Below, piece after piece: positions 19,301 through 28,254 of a stretch of 64,000 bases of DNA (position 1 is its first letter; each line of letters begins with the position of its first letter). Below the pieces are notes generated by a model. It worked only from the letters and a program-made list of their open reading frames with translations, was not told the origin of the DNA and did no database searches. A program made the translations under genes and the position numbers. Source of the DNA: Nannocystis bainbridge (lineage in GTDB: Bacteria > Myxococcota_A > Polyangia > Nannocystales > Nannocystaceae); contig NZ_JAQNDL010000003.1 in the NCBI RefSeq assembly GCF_028368995.1, positions 1,856,001 to 1,920,000 on the forward strand, written 5' to 3'.

Positions 19301-19974
19301 CCGCAAGCGGGGTCGAGCAGCCGGACCTGGTCGGCGCCGAAGGTCTCGATCGCCGGGGTCAGCGTCCGGTCGAGGATGAAGGAGCGGACGAAATCGGGGG
19401 TCTGGCACAGGGCGAACCTGTCCTTTACGACAGGGTCGAGCTCCTGGTACAGGTCGCCCATCAGCTCGCCCTCGAAGCGCTCCTCGGCGAAGCTCCACTG
19501 GGCGGCGGTGTCGGCGTCGCGATGACGCCAGAAGGCGATCAGCGCGCGCGAGCGCTCGTCCGAGGGCAGCGCGAGCTCGGCGGGCTGGACGCTGAACAGC
19601 TCCGGCAGGCCGCCATTCGGGCTGGCGAGGTCGTGGTAGATCCAGCCCAGGAAGGCGGTCTCGCCGAGGTTGGGGGCGAGGCGCTCGAAGAGTTGCTGGG
19701 CTTCGGGGTCGAGGAGGCGGCCGGGCGCGAGCAGGCCGCGGTCCTCGAGCACGCGGACGTAGACCGACTTGAGCACCCACAGGACGGCGGCGCGGCGCGA
19801 CAGGAGGTCGGTCCAGACGTCGAAGTCCTCGCCGACGCGTTCGTCGGTGTGGAGCTGGCGGGCGCGCTCGCGGGTGGGCCCGGGCTCGCGCATCCTGGCC
19901 CGGAGGTCGGCGGCGATAGCGGCGACGTGTTCGCGGAGGGCGGCGGTCAGGCGGGCGCGGTCGGCTTGCTTCAT
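16381..19974 (-). CDS. pglX: BREX-2 adenine DNA methyltransferase PglX
   Basis: LGDLYQ-like (MGDLYQEL), QTPDFV, LDPACGSGHF, VANPPY, FIPGHGTPT and RGKLDVPRER. Start taken at ATG 19974 (ATGA overlap with the pglW stop). Confidence 0.92.
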   Translation of the reverse strand: MKQADRARLTAALREHVAAIAADLRARMREPGPTRERARQLHTDERVGEDFDVWTDLLSRRAAVLWVLKSVYVRVLEDRGLLAPGRLLDPEAQQLFERLAPNLGETAFLGWIYHDLASPNGGLPELFSVQPAELALPSDERSRALIAFWRHRDADTAAQWSFAEERFEGELMGDLYQELDPVVKDRFALCQTPDFVRSFILDRTLTPAIETFGADQVRLLDPACGSGHFLIDGLKRIFEATAVQHKDWSREQLALHALGRVVGMDLNDYACALARARLVMTAAELAGVTALADAAKFHPHVYWADGLEQVERDESKPSEQFGLFESAKSAEKPRPTFTRADVRAALRPVLTAKFHAVVANPPYITERDPASKAYHREKIGKAQRYVSAYREYSLGSPFTERSFQLAEKEGFVGIITSNNFMKREFGEPLIEKILSNLDLTLVVDTSQAFIPGHGTPTVLLFARNSRAFGEDVRVVMSKRGESGIPAEPAKALVWSSIEEGWCRVGFENDFVSVSAVPRATLSKHPWSLGGGGAAELKVRIESRSLGRLADQVESIGYMCITKQDEVFVQEFSTFERHGCDSSWLKLFGNGDMLRDWTIIGGPAVIFPYNDDLELRPLPENTGVERFLWRFRRLLEERAVFGGDTFRTAGRPWWDHGQITKERFRTPLAIAFAFIATHNHFILDRGGKAFNRSAPVIKLPRAATEAEYYSALGVLNSSAGCFWMKQVFHNKGGGTSAGKWQSDAAKIAYDFTVTGLQEFPFPDVGPCREVLLECARRLDKLAAERAGVLIAALPDIRTLEPFPSHEIRALLEEAESRESQILRQQIVLQEEIDWSVYHLYGLVENLPRISPDHIERTSGAPLGARPFEVLQARSGRAYGVDGQLLMKDLPSDLDERIAKVWTERMLAVERSPALALIEHESYKRRWLLTPKHLAGRVETFADRLGDRLRLLLSDLVEFAARKRNVPFDLGRIAADLQEEPRFSMLAELMTARCDYSHDRLVLELLTDDAVPNHPFHRYSKSGLVKHQAWEQTWEDQRREDAGERVTPAVPPTYAQPDFNTRRIFELRGKLDVPRERYIAFTEVHGSTDAGTLYGWAGWTPLQRLKAILAIDEDREDAGVSLADRIALLDSAWRLLPEVAREDGQAAARLKAELQALVGPTGPSREMLEDWRKRFPPPKPPKKTVARARKAKQDEEDDA

Positions 19975-22900
19975 GGTGAGAGCGGATGGAGGAGCGGGAG
20001 CGTGGCACCCTCGAGGTGCCACATGGCGGGGCCTTCGTTGAAGCGCGGCTGGCGGTTGTGGATCACGCCGGGGACGATGAGCACCCAGAAGCCACGGCTG
20101 CCGGAGAGGGTCTCATCGTACAGGCGGCGCGGGAGATCAAGCGCCTCGCACAGGCCGAGCAGCGCCGTGTCGCCGAGGACGAGGATCCGCCCGGGTTCGC
20201 CGTGCTCGTCGAGCAGGCGGAACAGGGTCTCCTCGGCGGCGTCGGTCAGCGCGCCGCGCTGGGCGGCGAAGCGCTCGGCGCGCTCAAGCATCGACAACGA
20301 GGCGCCGTGGTCGGCGAAGAAGGCGTCATCGAACGAGATCCAGGCGCCGCCGATCGCCGCGGCGACGGAGCGGCCGATCTCGGCGTGACGCTCAGGCGGG
20401 GTGACGAGCATGCGGAAGCCGCGTGACTTCGATGCGTCGCGGAGCATGTCGCGCACGACCTCCTCGGGGCCGCGCTCGGCGCGGAGGAGCGGCGGCAGCG
20501 CGTCGGGCGCGAGCGCGGGCGTGGCGACGACCGAAGCTGTCTTTCCGGGCAGGATCATCTCGCCCTGCACCTGGCACTCGAGGCCGTGGAGGAGGCCGAG
20601 CAGGTGGTCGGGGTCGGGGTACGGGGTGTCCTTGCCGAAGGTCCGCCGGACCTGCCGCTCGAGGTCGTCGAAGGCGATCGGCTCGCGGGCCTGGTCGAGC
20701 ACGAAGCCGATGCTCTGCCGCGGCTCGAGCGGGCCGATGAACAGGTGGCCGGTCTCGGCGAGCTGCGCGTCGTCGCAGAGGCGGACGCCGAGTTCGCTCG
20801 GGTCGCCGTCGTAGTGCGGGAGCAGGCCGGTGAGGGTCCGGCGGGCGGCGTCGGGCTCGATCGGCGGCCACTGTCCGGCGATCCGCAGGACCTCGCCGGC
20901 GAAGGCGCGCAGGGTTTCGCGGTCGAACAGCGGTCGGGCGACGAGCGGCTGGTCGGCGCCGTCGATCTCGAAGCAGTGGATCCGGCCGGCGGAGACGCGG
21001 GCGAGCAGGCGCACGATGCCAGCGCCCGAGACGACGCCGGCGGGCCACTCCTCCTCGAAGCGCGCGCCGAGCTCGTCGAGCCGGGCGATCCCGCCGAAGC
21101 CGTCCAGGACGGTGTCGAGCGCGGTGCTCAGGTCGGCGAGGATGGAGAGGTCGAGGCGCTCGAGGCCCTTCGCCAGCTCGACGCTGACGTTCGGCTGGCT
21201 GCGGGCGAGGTCGCCGGCAATGTCGCTCTGGGCCTCGGGCGCGCCGGTGATGCCGATTGCGCGCTCGACGATGATGCGCTGAATGTCGCTTAGCGTGCGC
21301 GCGGCGAGCTCCCACAGGCGATCGAGGGTGTGCGCGCCGTCCTCGCTGCCGGCACTGTGATCCCGGAATTGGTGGAGCGCCTCGACGACCTTGGCGAGCC
21401 GCGTCGGGCCGATCCCTGGGACCTGGAGCAGCTCGGAGCGGGTCAGCAAGGCGACGGCGCCGACAGTCGGGAGCTGGGCCTGTTCGAGGGCGCTCCGCAG
21501 GGCCGGCGGCAGCGGGAGCTTGTGGACCGGCTCCGGCGAGTCGATGAGGTCGGGGACGAGCGGCGGGTCGACGCGGATCGGCGCGGCGGTGGCGACGATG
21601 CCGCGAGCCCGCAGGGTTTCCTGGAAGGCGAGGATGTCGTTGGCGGTCTTGGTGCCGATCGTGTGGATCTTGCGCACGTGGGCCGGCGAGAGCGCGAGGA
21701 GCTCGCCGGTCGTGTGGACCTGGTTACGCGCGAGGATGTTGATCGCGCGGCGCGGGAGGCCGGTCAGCCGGAGGGGCGTGGTCGCGTCGATGTCCGCCGG
21801 TGGTGCGACGACGGCCTCGGGGACCGAGAGATCGTCGCCGAGGGCGACGAGCAGGGCGTCGCGCATCGTACGAGCGGACGGGTAACGCTTCTCCGGGACG
21901 GGATCGAGGGCCTTCTCGAAGAATTTGGCGAGGCCGGGCGGGTCGATGTCCTCGGCGCGCATGGCCGGCGCCTGCCCCGGCTCGGGGACCTTGCCCTCGA
22001 AGGCGTGGCGGCCGGCATAGAGCTCGAACAGGCACAGCGCGGCGGCGAAGCGGTCGGTCGAATGCGTCCAGCGGGCGCTGCTCGGGTCGCGGTAGAGCGC
22101 GGTGCCGCCGTAGGGCGCTTCCTCGGGGACGGCCGCGAGGCTGAAGTCGATGATCGTCAGGCGGCCGTCGTTGACGAGCAGGTTGTCGGGCTTGAGGTCC
22201 TTGTGCGTGACGCCCTGTTGCTCGAGATAGTCGAGGCCGGCGAGCAAGTCCTCGGCGAGGCGTCGCTGGGTGTTCGGCTCGAGCGAGGGGTGCGCGGCGA
22301 GCCACTGGCGCAGGTTCTCGTTGCCGACCCGCTCCATGATCAGGGTCAGCCGACCCTCGACCATCTTCGTCAGGTCGATGACCTTGACGATGTTGGCGTG
22401 GTCGAGGCGGGAGAGCACCTGATACTCCCCACGCAACGCCTCCTCGGCGGCGTCCTCCGGGCGGGAGATCTTGAGGGCGCGAGTGCGGCCGCTAACGAGG
22501 TGGCGCGCGGCGTAGACGACCGACATGCCGCCCTGGCCGAGACGCCGGTCGATCTCGTAGTCCGTGCCGACCCGCGTGCCTTGTTCGAGGTTCTCGGGGT
22601 CGAGTGCGGCGCGGCGCTCGGGTGGCATGCCCGGGAGGACGCGTTTCTCGGGCTCGCGGCCAAAGCGCACGGCGACGATTGCCTGCGCGAGCGAGGGATA
22701 GCGATCGGTCGGGCGCATCTCGAGCATGCGCCCGACGGCTTCGTCAAGGCTGAGCGGAATCTGCCGGGCCATGTCGCGCACGCGCCGCATCAGGCGGCGG
22801 GCGGCCATGAGGTGCCGGGTGCTTTCGAACAGCGGCTTGCCCGTCAGCAGGAGCGCCAACAGGGCGCCGAGGCTGAACTGGTCCGACGCCGGCTCGGCGC

Positions 22901-24056
22901 TGCTGAAGGCGTTGATAACCTCGGGGGCGGCGAAGATCAGGCGATCGTCGCTGATGCTCGTGACGGCGATCGAGGTGTCAACCGTAAGCTGCTTGGCGAG
23001 GTCGAAGCCGGTGATGCGGATCTGTCTCGGGTCGGAAAGGTCCTCGACGAAAATCACATCGGGGCGGAGCAGCCGGTGGACGACGCCCTGGCAGTGGGCC
23101 TCCTCGAGGGTCTCGGCGAGTCGGATCCACAAGTTTGTGCGCGCAGGCAGGTCGGCCTTTTTGTGCTTGCCGCGCGCCTCAGGACCGTAGCGCTCGAGCC
23201 AGGTCGTCAGCGTGATCCCCGGGAAGTTCTCGAGGGGAAGTACGATGCCGGCCTCGTCGGTGAAGGGCGGATCGGCGGTCAGGATCCCGTCGCTGCGGCC
23301 GAGCCGGCCGAGGACCTGGGCCTCCCAGCGGGCGCGCTCGATGACACGCTCGCGCTGAGGTTCGGTAGCGAGCGGAGGAATGCTGTAGATCCGCAGCACA
23401 CGCTCGGCGGCGGAGAGGGTGTTGCGGCCCAGGAGCTCGGTATACGTGTCGTGGTGATCGAGCGTGTCGACGATCTCGTACTCACGGACGCGCCGAACTG
23501 GCCTCGGGCCACTCTGCTGGACGCCGGTGAACAGCCGGAGGATGTCGGCCTCGGCCGGCGCGGTCGGGGTCTGCGTTCTGCCCCCGCTCAAGCGCTCGAT
23601 CAGCGCGGGGTCCTGTAGCGCGGCGAGGATCGTCTTCTTTGTGTGGATCCGGCTCTGGCTCGCCGGGCCACGCACGCCGCAGTCGGTCGTCGCCGACAGG
23701 AAGACGAGGCCCTCGACCCAGAGCTGCCCGGCCTGGTGGCTCTCGCGCTTGAGCTGGCTCTTGAGCGCCTGGGCGGTGATCCGGTTGAGGCGCAGCGGGC
23801 TCGGGATCGGGTGCGGGATGTACCAGTCGTGGTCGGTGCCCTCGATCCGGCCGCGGTAAGACTTGATCTCGACGACGAAGACGGCGTGCGGGGCAACCAC
23901 GACGGCGTCGAGCTCGTAGATGACGCCGCCGCGCTCGACCAGCCAGGCGTTGCCATAGACGGTGTACTCGGCGGGCAGGCCGTCGACGAGGAAGCGCAGG
24001 GCCTGCCGCTCCGGGTCGTGCGCCGATTCGCCGATCGGGATGAACTTCGCGGGCAT
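19971..24056 (-). CDS. pglW: BREX-2 Ser/Thr kinase PglW (NERD, pseudokinase, kinase, alpha-CTD-like repeats, sigma4-like HTH)
   Basis: NERD (ELDAVV..VVEIKSY), degenerate kinase (HRLLRPD), intact kinase (GQGGMS, HKDLKPDN, DFS) and two RNAP alpha-CTD-like HhH segments. Confidence 0.9.
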   Translation of the reverse strand: MPAKFIPIGESAHDPERQALRFLVDGLPAEYTVYGNAWLVERGGVIYELDAVVVAPHAVFVVEIKSYRGRIEGTDHDWYIPHPIPSPLRLNRITAQALKSQLKRESHQAGQLWVEGLVFLSATTDCGVRGPASQSRIHTKKTILAALQDPALIERLSGGRTQTPTAPAEADILRLFTGVQQSGPRPVRRVREYEIVDTLDHHDTYTELLGRNTLSAAERVLRIYSIPPLATEPQRERVIERARWEAQVLGRLGRSDGILTADPPFTDEAGIVLPLENFPGITLTTWLERYGPEARGKHKKADLPARTNLWIRLAETLEEAHCQGVVHRLLRPDVIFVEDLSDPRQIRITGFDLAKQLTVDTSIAVTSISDDRLIFAAPEVINAFSSAEPASDQFSLGALLALLLTGKPLFESTRHLMAARRLMRRVRDMARQIPLSLDEAVGRMLEMRPTDRYPSLAQAIVAVRFGREPEKRVLPGMPPERRAALDPENLEQGTRVGTDYEIDRRLGQGGMSVVYAARHLVSGRTRALKISRPEDAAEEALRGEYQVLSRLDHANIVKVIDLTKMVEGRLTLIMERVGNENLRQWLAAHPSLEPNTQRRLAEDLLAGLDYLEQQGVTHKDLKPDNLLVNDGRLTIIDFSLAAVPEEAPYGGTALYRDPSSARWTHSTDRFAAALCLFELYAGRHAFEGKVPEPGQAPAMRAEDIDPPGLAKFFEKALDPVPEKRYPSARTMRDALLVALGDDLSVPEAVVAPPADIDATTPLRLTGLPRRAINILARNQVHTTGELLALSPAHVRKIHTIGTKTANDILAFQETLRARGIVATAAPIRVDPPLVPDLIDSPEPVHKLPLPPALRSALEQAQLPTVGAVALLTRSELLQVPGIGPTRLAKVVEALHQFRDHSAGSEDGAHTLDRLWELAARTLSDIQRIIVERAIGITGAPEAQSDIAGDLARSQPNVSVELAKGLERLDLSILADLSTALDTVLDGFGGIARLDELGARFEEEWPAGVVSGAGIVRLLARVSAGRIHCFEIDGADQPLVARPLFDRETLRAFAGEVLRIAGQWPPIEPDAARRTLTGLLPHYDGDPSELGVRLCDDAQLAETGHLFIGPLEPRQSIGFVLDQAREPIAFDDLERQVRRTFGKDTPYPDPDHLLGLLHGLECQVQGEMILPGKTASVVATPALAPDALPPLLRAERGPEEVVRDMLRDASKSRGFRMLVTPPERHAEIGRSVAAAIGGAWISFDDAFFADHGASLSMLERAERFAAQRGALTDAAEETLFRLLDEHGEPGRILVLGDTALLGLCEALDLPRRLYDETLSGSRGFWVLIVPGVIHNRQPRFNEGPAMWHLEGATLPLLHPLSP

Positions 24057-24059
24057 CGA

Positions 24060-24806
24060 TTACACCAAAAGGACCTTGGCGGTGGAGAACCAGGAAGCGA
24101 GCTGGTTCTCGTACTGGTAGAGACCGCCCTTGTCCGGGTGCAGGCCGACGACAAAATCGAAGTTGCGCTGGCGCAGCGGCGTGTCCGGCTGGAAGTCGCC
24201 CGGCTCGCCCCTGATGACGAAGTCGGTGTGCGGGGCGCCGAGGTCGAGCGCGACGATGCCGGCGAGCGTGAACTCCTGCCAGGAGCCGCAGGCGACGACG
24301 AAGTTGCCCTGGAGCGTGACGTCGCCTTGTGTCGAGACGATGTGGTGCGCGAGCTGGCCGCCGGTGCCCGGGAGCTCGAGGACCTTGTGGTGCGACTTGA
24401 CGACGTGTAGCTCGGAGCGTGCCAAGCGCGTCGGCAGGCCGAGGAGTTTGGCCTGCTCGGTGATGTAGTCGGCGCTCGGGGTCTTGAGGTCGGCGGTCTG
24501 GAGGGCCCCGAGCCATCCAGCGGCGACCGCCGCGGGGAGCTGCGGGAGCCTGAAAGAGCCGCCGACCGCGGCGGGGTCGAACGGGACGCGGTGCAGGACC
24601 GCGGCGTCCTCGAAGACCAACGCGACGAGGTCGGTGGCGGTCAGCCGGCCGCGGAAGCGGTTCCAGGTGGCGAGGCCAGGTTCGGTGACACGCGCAGCAC
24701 GCCGCCCGGCGGCCTCGTCGCGTGCGAGCGCGTGCAGGAGCGCGGCCGACCAGATGCCGGTGGCGCGCTGTTCGGAAGGGAGGCCGGCGAGGTCGAACGA
24801 CGCCAT
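24060..24806 (-). CDS. Hypothetical protein heading the pgl operon; possible degenerate Rossmann/SAM-binding fold
   Basis: Stop is 3 bp before the pglW start; contains KVLELPGTGG and FDFVVG. Start uncertain (ORF extends to 24878). Confidence 0.65.
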   Translation of the reverse strand: MASFDLAGLPSEQRATGIWSAALLHALARDEAAGRRAARVTEPGLATWNRFRGRLTATDLVALVFEDAAVLHRVPFDPAAVGGSFRLPQLPAAVAAGWLGALQTADLKTPSADYITEQAKLLGLPTRLARSELHVVKSHHKVLELPGTGGQLAHHIVSTQGDVTLQGNFVVACGSWQEFTLAGIVALDLGAPHTDFVIRGEPGDFQPDTPLRQRNFDFVVGLHPDKGGLYQYENQLASWFSTAKVLLV

Positions 24807-25001
24807 CAGCAGGTACCTGTCGGCGCTGTCGCGCGGGTGTCCGGGAAGGTCTCCGGGGGCATGGGGCCACAGTCTCACTCAGGCGGGCGCCAGCGTCTAG
24901 GGATGCGAACGTTGTTTTTCGAGACCGACGACATGAGAAGGCTGCGACGAGCACGGCGAGCAAGAGCTGCGCCGGGGCCCGCCCACCCGTGCTCGTCGCC
25001 G

Positions 25002-28000
25002 TCAGATCGTCACCTCCGTCATTGGCTGCCGGGCGTCGAGGTCGAGCTTGTGGCTCCCGAGCACGAGCTTGTACTCGCCGCGGTCGATCCGGAAGGCCGT
25101 CTTCCCGGAGACATCGGTGGTGAATGTATGCTGGAGCTTGCCCTTCTTGTTGAACACGGCGCCAGCGGTGCGCACGCCCCCGTCGTCGTAATAGACGACG
25201 ACGTCGCTCCACGGGCGCGGGACCGTGACCCTCGCCTTCGCTTGCTTCTTGCCGTCGTACTTGATGAACTCGTTGATCTCGACGCGATCCTCCGCGTCGG
25301 CCGGCTCCTTCGGGTAGACGATGTGCAGGTGATATTCGCCGGCCTGCAGATCGTCGAACACCGCCGTCGACTTCTTGCCGACCCGGAGCTCCCCGAATTC
25401 GCGGTCCAGGTTCGGCCCCTGGATCGTGACTGCGGCGCCCACGGCCGCGCCGCCGATCGCCTTGCGCACCCACACGGTGAGCTGGCCGCGCGTCTCTGGT
25501 TGGCCCTCGAGCTGGGTCTCGAGCAAAACCTCTCGGTCCCAGTAGCCCCCGACGTGGGTCGGTTGTCCGACTCCCTCGACCTCCTGCAGGTAGACCTCAT
25601 AATCGCCGACCGGGAGCTTGTCGAAGCGGGCCACGCCGCCCTTGTCGGTCTCCTGCCAGTCGCCGACGCCCTCCTCGTTCGACACGACGACGGTCACGGT
25701 CTGCTTCGGTGGCATCCCGTTGGCGCCGACGACGTGGACGATGAGCTTGCCGTACGTCGCCGGGTCCAGCGGTTTGGCCGGCGGTTCGGATCCCGGCTCC
25801 GGCGCCGGCGGCGGCTTCATGCTGTCGAGGATCTCCTGATAGACGCGGAAGAACTCGATCGGGTTGTAGTGCCAGACGTGGTTTACGTCGGGCAGCACGT
25901 CGCGGGCCCGGTCCCACCATTGATAGGGCTCGAGCGCCTCTGTCAGGCCCATGGTGTTGAATTGTAGCTCGTCGAGCCGGGCGAGCGTCTGGTCGAGGTC
26001 GAGGTTCCACTCGCTGCGGAATCGGCACGCGGTGCGCCGGAGCGGGCGGCAGTCCTCGCTCTGATAGAACATGAAGATCTCGGGCGCGGTCACGATCTTG
26101 TCGGGCACGAGGTCGACTCGCTCCATCAGCGTCGCCGGGAGGTCGGCGTGGAGGTCGTCGTCCTCATCGTCGATTACGTCCCAGCCAGAGAGCAGGAGCT
26201 CCTCGGAGAAGACCTCCCAGTGGATCTCTTGGCGGAATCCGTCCTCGCCGGCCTCGTTGAAGCTGGCGGCGCGGCCGGACTTCCACAGCGGCTCGCCTCC
26301 CGTGACCCGGATGTCGAGGCCCGACACGACCTCCGCGAGCCCGAACCGGTCGAGTTTCGCCACCGCGGCCGCGAACGCCGGGTCGATCGCGTCGGCCTTC
26401 TTGGCGCTTGCCGGCGCGGCCTGATCCTGGGCGGCGAGCTCGAACGCGGTCTTGCGCAGGAACTCGTCGGTCTTCCCGCCCCTCGACACGATCCCGTCGC
26501 AGTTCGCGGGCTTGGTCGGCCACGGGTGCTCGGCCTGAAACGCCTTGATCGCCGCGTCGAGGTCGAGATCCGCGACGCCCGTCGGCTCGCTGCGCGTCTT
26601 CAGGAAGCCGAGGGTGATCAGGCGCCGCTCGACCCATTCGATGTCGGCCGTATTGGTCGACCCGAGCGCCACGTCGTGCTTGATCCGGTGCGATTCGGCC
26701 TCCTCGCGGTCGCGCAGGTCCTCCTTCGGCGCCTCCTCCTCGACTGGAGCCTCCGTGGGCGCGTCGGTCGCCAGCTTGACCTTCTCGATCCACTTGATGT
26801 CGGCCGCGAGCGCCTCCTTGAGCGTGAGCGGCTGGAGGTGCATGAGGAGGACATAAATCGTGCGGTTGGGATCGGTGGCGGGCTTCTGCGGCTCCGCCGG
26901 CGCGTCGCTCGCCCCCTCGGGAGGGAAGAGGTGGCTCCACGTGTGGCCCGGGATGTCGATGACACCGTCCGGCCACTTCTCCGGGTATTTCTTGTAGGGG
27001 TTGGGGATCGTCCGCTGAAACGCCTTGATCGCGTCGCCGAGCGCGGGCTCGACCTCGCCGTCGCTCAGCCGGGCGGGATCCTCAGGGGTGTAGTGTCCGA
27101 GCTCGTGCAGCCGCGCCTTGGCCCTGTTGACCGCCGCGGGATCGGTGACCTTGCACCCGACCGCGATCTTGCCGCTATAGGTCTTCGCCGGCTGCGGGCC
27201 CGGCTTCGGCGCGTCGGGGCCCTGCTGCATGCGCTCGTAGACCGACTGCGGGACCTCGTGGCGGATCAGGATGAAGCTCGTGTGCCCGAAGGTCCAGGTG
27301 CCGGACGTCTCGGTCGGCGCGAGCCGGACGGCGACGATCGTGCCGTCGCAGGGGGCGTGGATCAGGCTGCCCTCGGCAGCCGGCAGATGCACGCCGCCGT
27401 GCCAGAAGTTGTTCGCCCCCAACGGGTAGTAGCCGCCGTAGGACTCGACCTCGACCTGGTAGTGACGACGCTCGGTGACCTCTGCGTCGAGCTTCTCGCC
27501 CAGGGGCTCGAAGACTTGCCGGGGCCCCCAGGGGCCGAGTTGCTCGAGAACTTCGAGGGGATCGCGCCGCGGGCTCTCCTTCGTGTTCCCGAGCTCGCGC
27601 TCCCAGGACTCCCCGCCGACGACTCGGTGGTGCTTCGGGCTCCCCGTCTTGGGGTCTCTCGGTGAATCAATGACCTCGAAGTGAAGGTGGGGCGCGCCTG
27701 CCTTTCCGGTGTTGCCGACCCTGGCGATGATTTGCCCCTCTACGACCTCGTCGCCCAGCTTGACCGTGATGGACCCTTTCTCGCAATGCGCGTACCAGAA
27801 CAGGCGCTCGCCATCTCGGTCGTAGATCGCCACGGAGGTCCCGTAGCCGCTGGACTTGTCGTTCCACTCCTGGGTATGCACGACTTTCCCGTTCGTGACG
27901 GACACGATCGGCATGCCCGCCGCGCCTTCCTTCCCCGGGAAGCTCTTGACCCCCGGCGCGAGCCACCCGAGGTCGATGCCCTGGTGGAAATGAAAGTACT

Positions 28001-28235
28001 TGTCGCTGAGCTTGCGCGGATAGAGGAACGCTCCCCCCTCGCACCCGTTGCCCCCCTTGTTGGGGCACGTGAACTTGACCCCCTTCGTCTGGATCGCGCG
28101 GTACTTGTTGCGGCAGGTGCTGCCGACGAGCTTGTTCGGGTCGAGCGTCGCCGGGTCGAGGTCGATGCACGGCAAGGGCCGCTTCATCACGGTCCCCGGC
28201 ACCGGGTTGCGATAGATGACCCTTTTCGGCGGCAT
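25002..28235 (-). CDS. Putative T6SS effector: M23 peptidase, WHIX-like domain with peptidoglycan-binding inserts, C-terminal beta-sandwich repeats
   Basis: HQGID / YAH / HLHFE (M23); WHGGVH...HWEVFS...SEW...WWD...WHYNP; two AIKAFQ..DG PG-binding motifs; GGGGAGA RBS before ATG 28235; downstream of vgrG. Confidence 0.75.
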   Translation of the reverse strand: MPPKRVIYRNPVPGTVMKRPLPCIDLDPATLDPNKLVGSTCRNKYRAIQTKGVKFTCPNKGGNGCEGGAFLYPRKLSDKYFHFHQGIDLGWLAPGVKSFPGKEGAAGMPIVSVTNGKVVHTQEWNDKSSGYGTSVAIYDRDGERLFWYAHCEKGSITVKLGDEVVEGQIIARVGNTGKAGAPHLHFEVIDSPRDPKTGSPKHHRVVGGESWERELGNTKESPRRDPLEVLEQLGPWGPRQVFEPLGEKLDAEVTERRHYQVEVESYGGYYPLGANNFWHGGVHLPAAEGSLIHAPCDGTIVAVRLAPTETSGTWTFGHTSFILIRHEVPQSVYERMQQGPDAPKPGPQPAKTYSGKIAVGCKVTDPAAVNRAKARLHELGHYTPEDPARLSDGEVEPALGDAIKAFQRTIPNPYKKYPEKWPDGVIDIPGHTWSHLFPPEGASDAPAEPQKPATDPNRTIYVLLMHLQPLTLKEALAADIKWIEKVKLATDAPTEAPVEEEAPKEDLRDREEAESHRIKHDVALGSTNTADIEWVERRLITLGFLKTRSEPTGVADLDLDAAIKAFQAEHPWPTKPANCDGIVSRGGKTDEFLRKTAFELAAQDQAAPASAKKADAIDPAFAAAVAKLDRFGLAEVVSGLDIRVTGGEPLWKSGRAASFNEAGEDGFRQEIHWEVFSEELLLSGWDVIDDEDDDLHADLPATLMERVDLVPDKIVTAPEIFMFYQSEDCRPLRRTACRFRSEWNLDLDQTLARLDELQFNTMGLTEALEPYQWWDRARDVLPDVNHVWHYNPIEFFRVYQEILDSMKPPPAPEPGSEPPAKPLDPATYGKLIVHVVGANGMPPKQTVTVVVSNEEGVGDWQETDKGGVARFDKLPVGDYEVYLQEVEGVGQPTHVGGYWDREVLLETQLEGQPETRGQLTVWVRKAIGGAAVGAAVTIQGPNLDREFGELRVGKKSTAVFDDLQAGEYHLHIVYPKEPADAEDRVEINEFIKYDGKKQAKARVTVPRPWSDVVVYYDDGGVRTAGAVFNKKGKLQHTFTTDVSGKTAFRIDRGEYKLVLGSHKLDLDARQPMTEVTI

Positions 28236-28254
28236 AGTGGTCTCCCCCGTCACC

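Noticed and set aside
16381-19974. Phase-variable homopolymer in pglX, as in Streptomyces Pgl
   Set aside because: Only runs of about 6 G/C were seen, normal for this composition, and the frame is intact.
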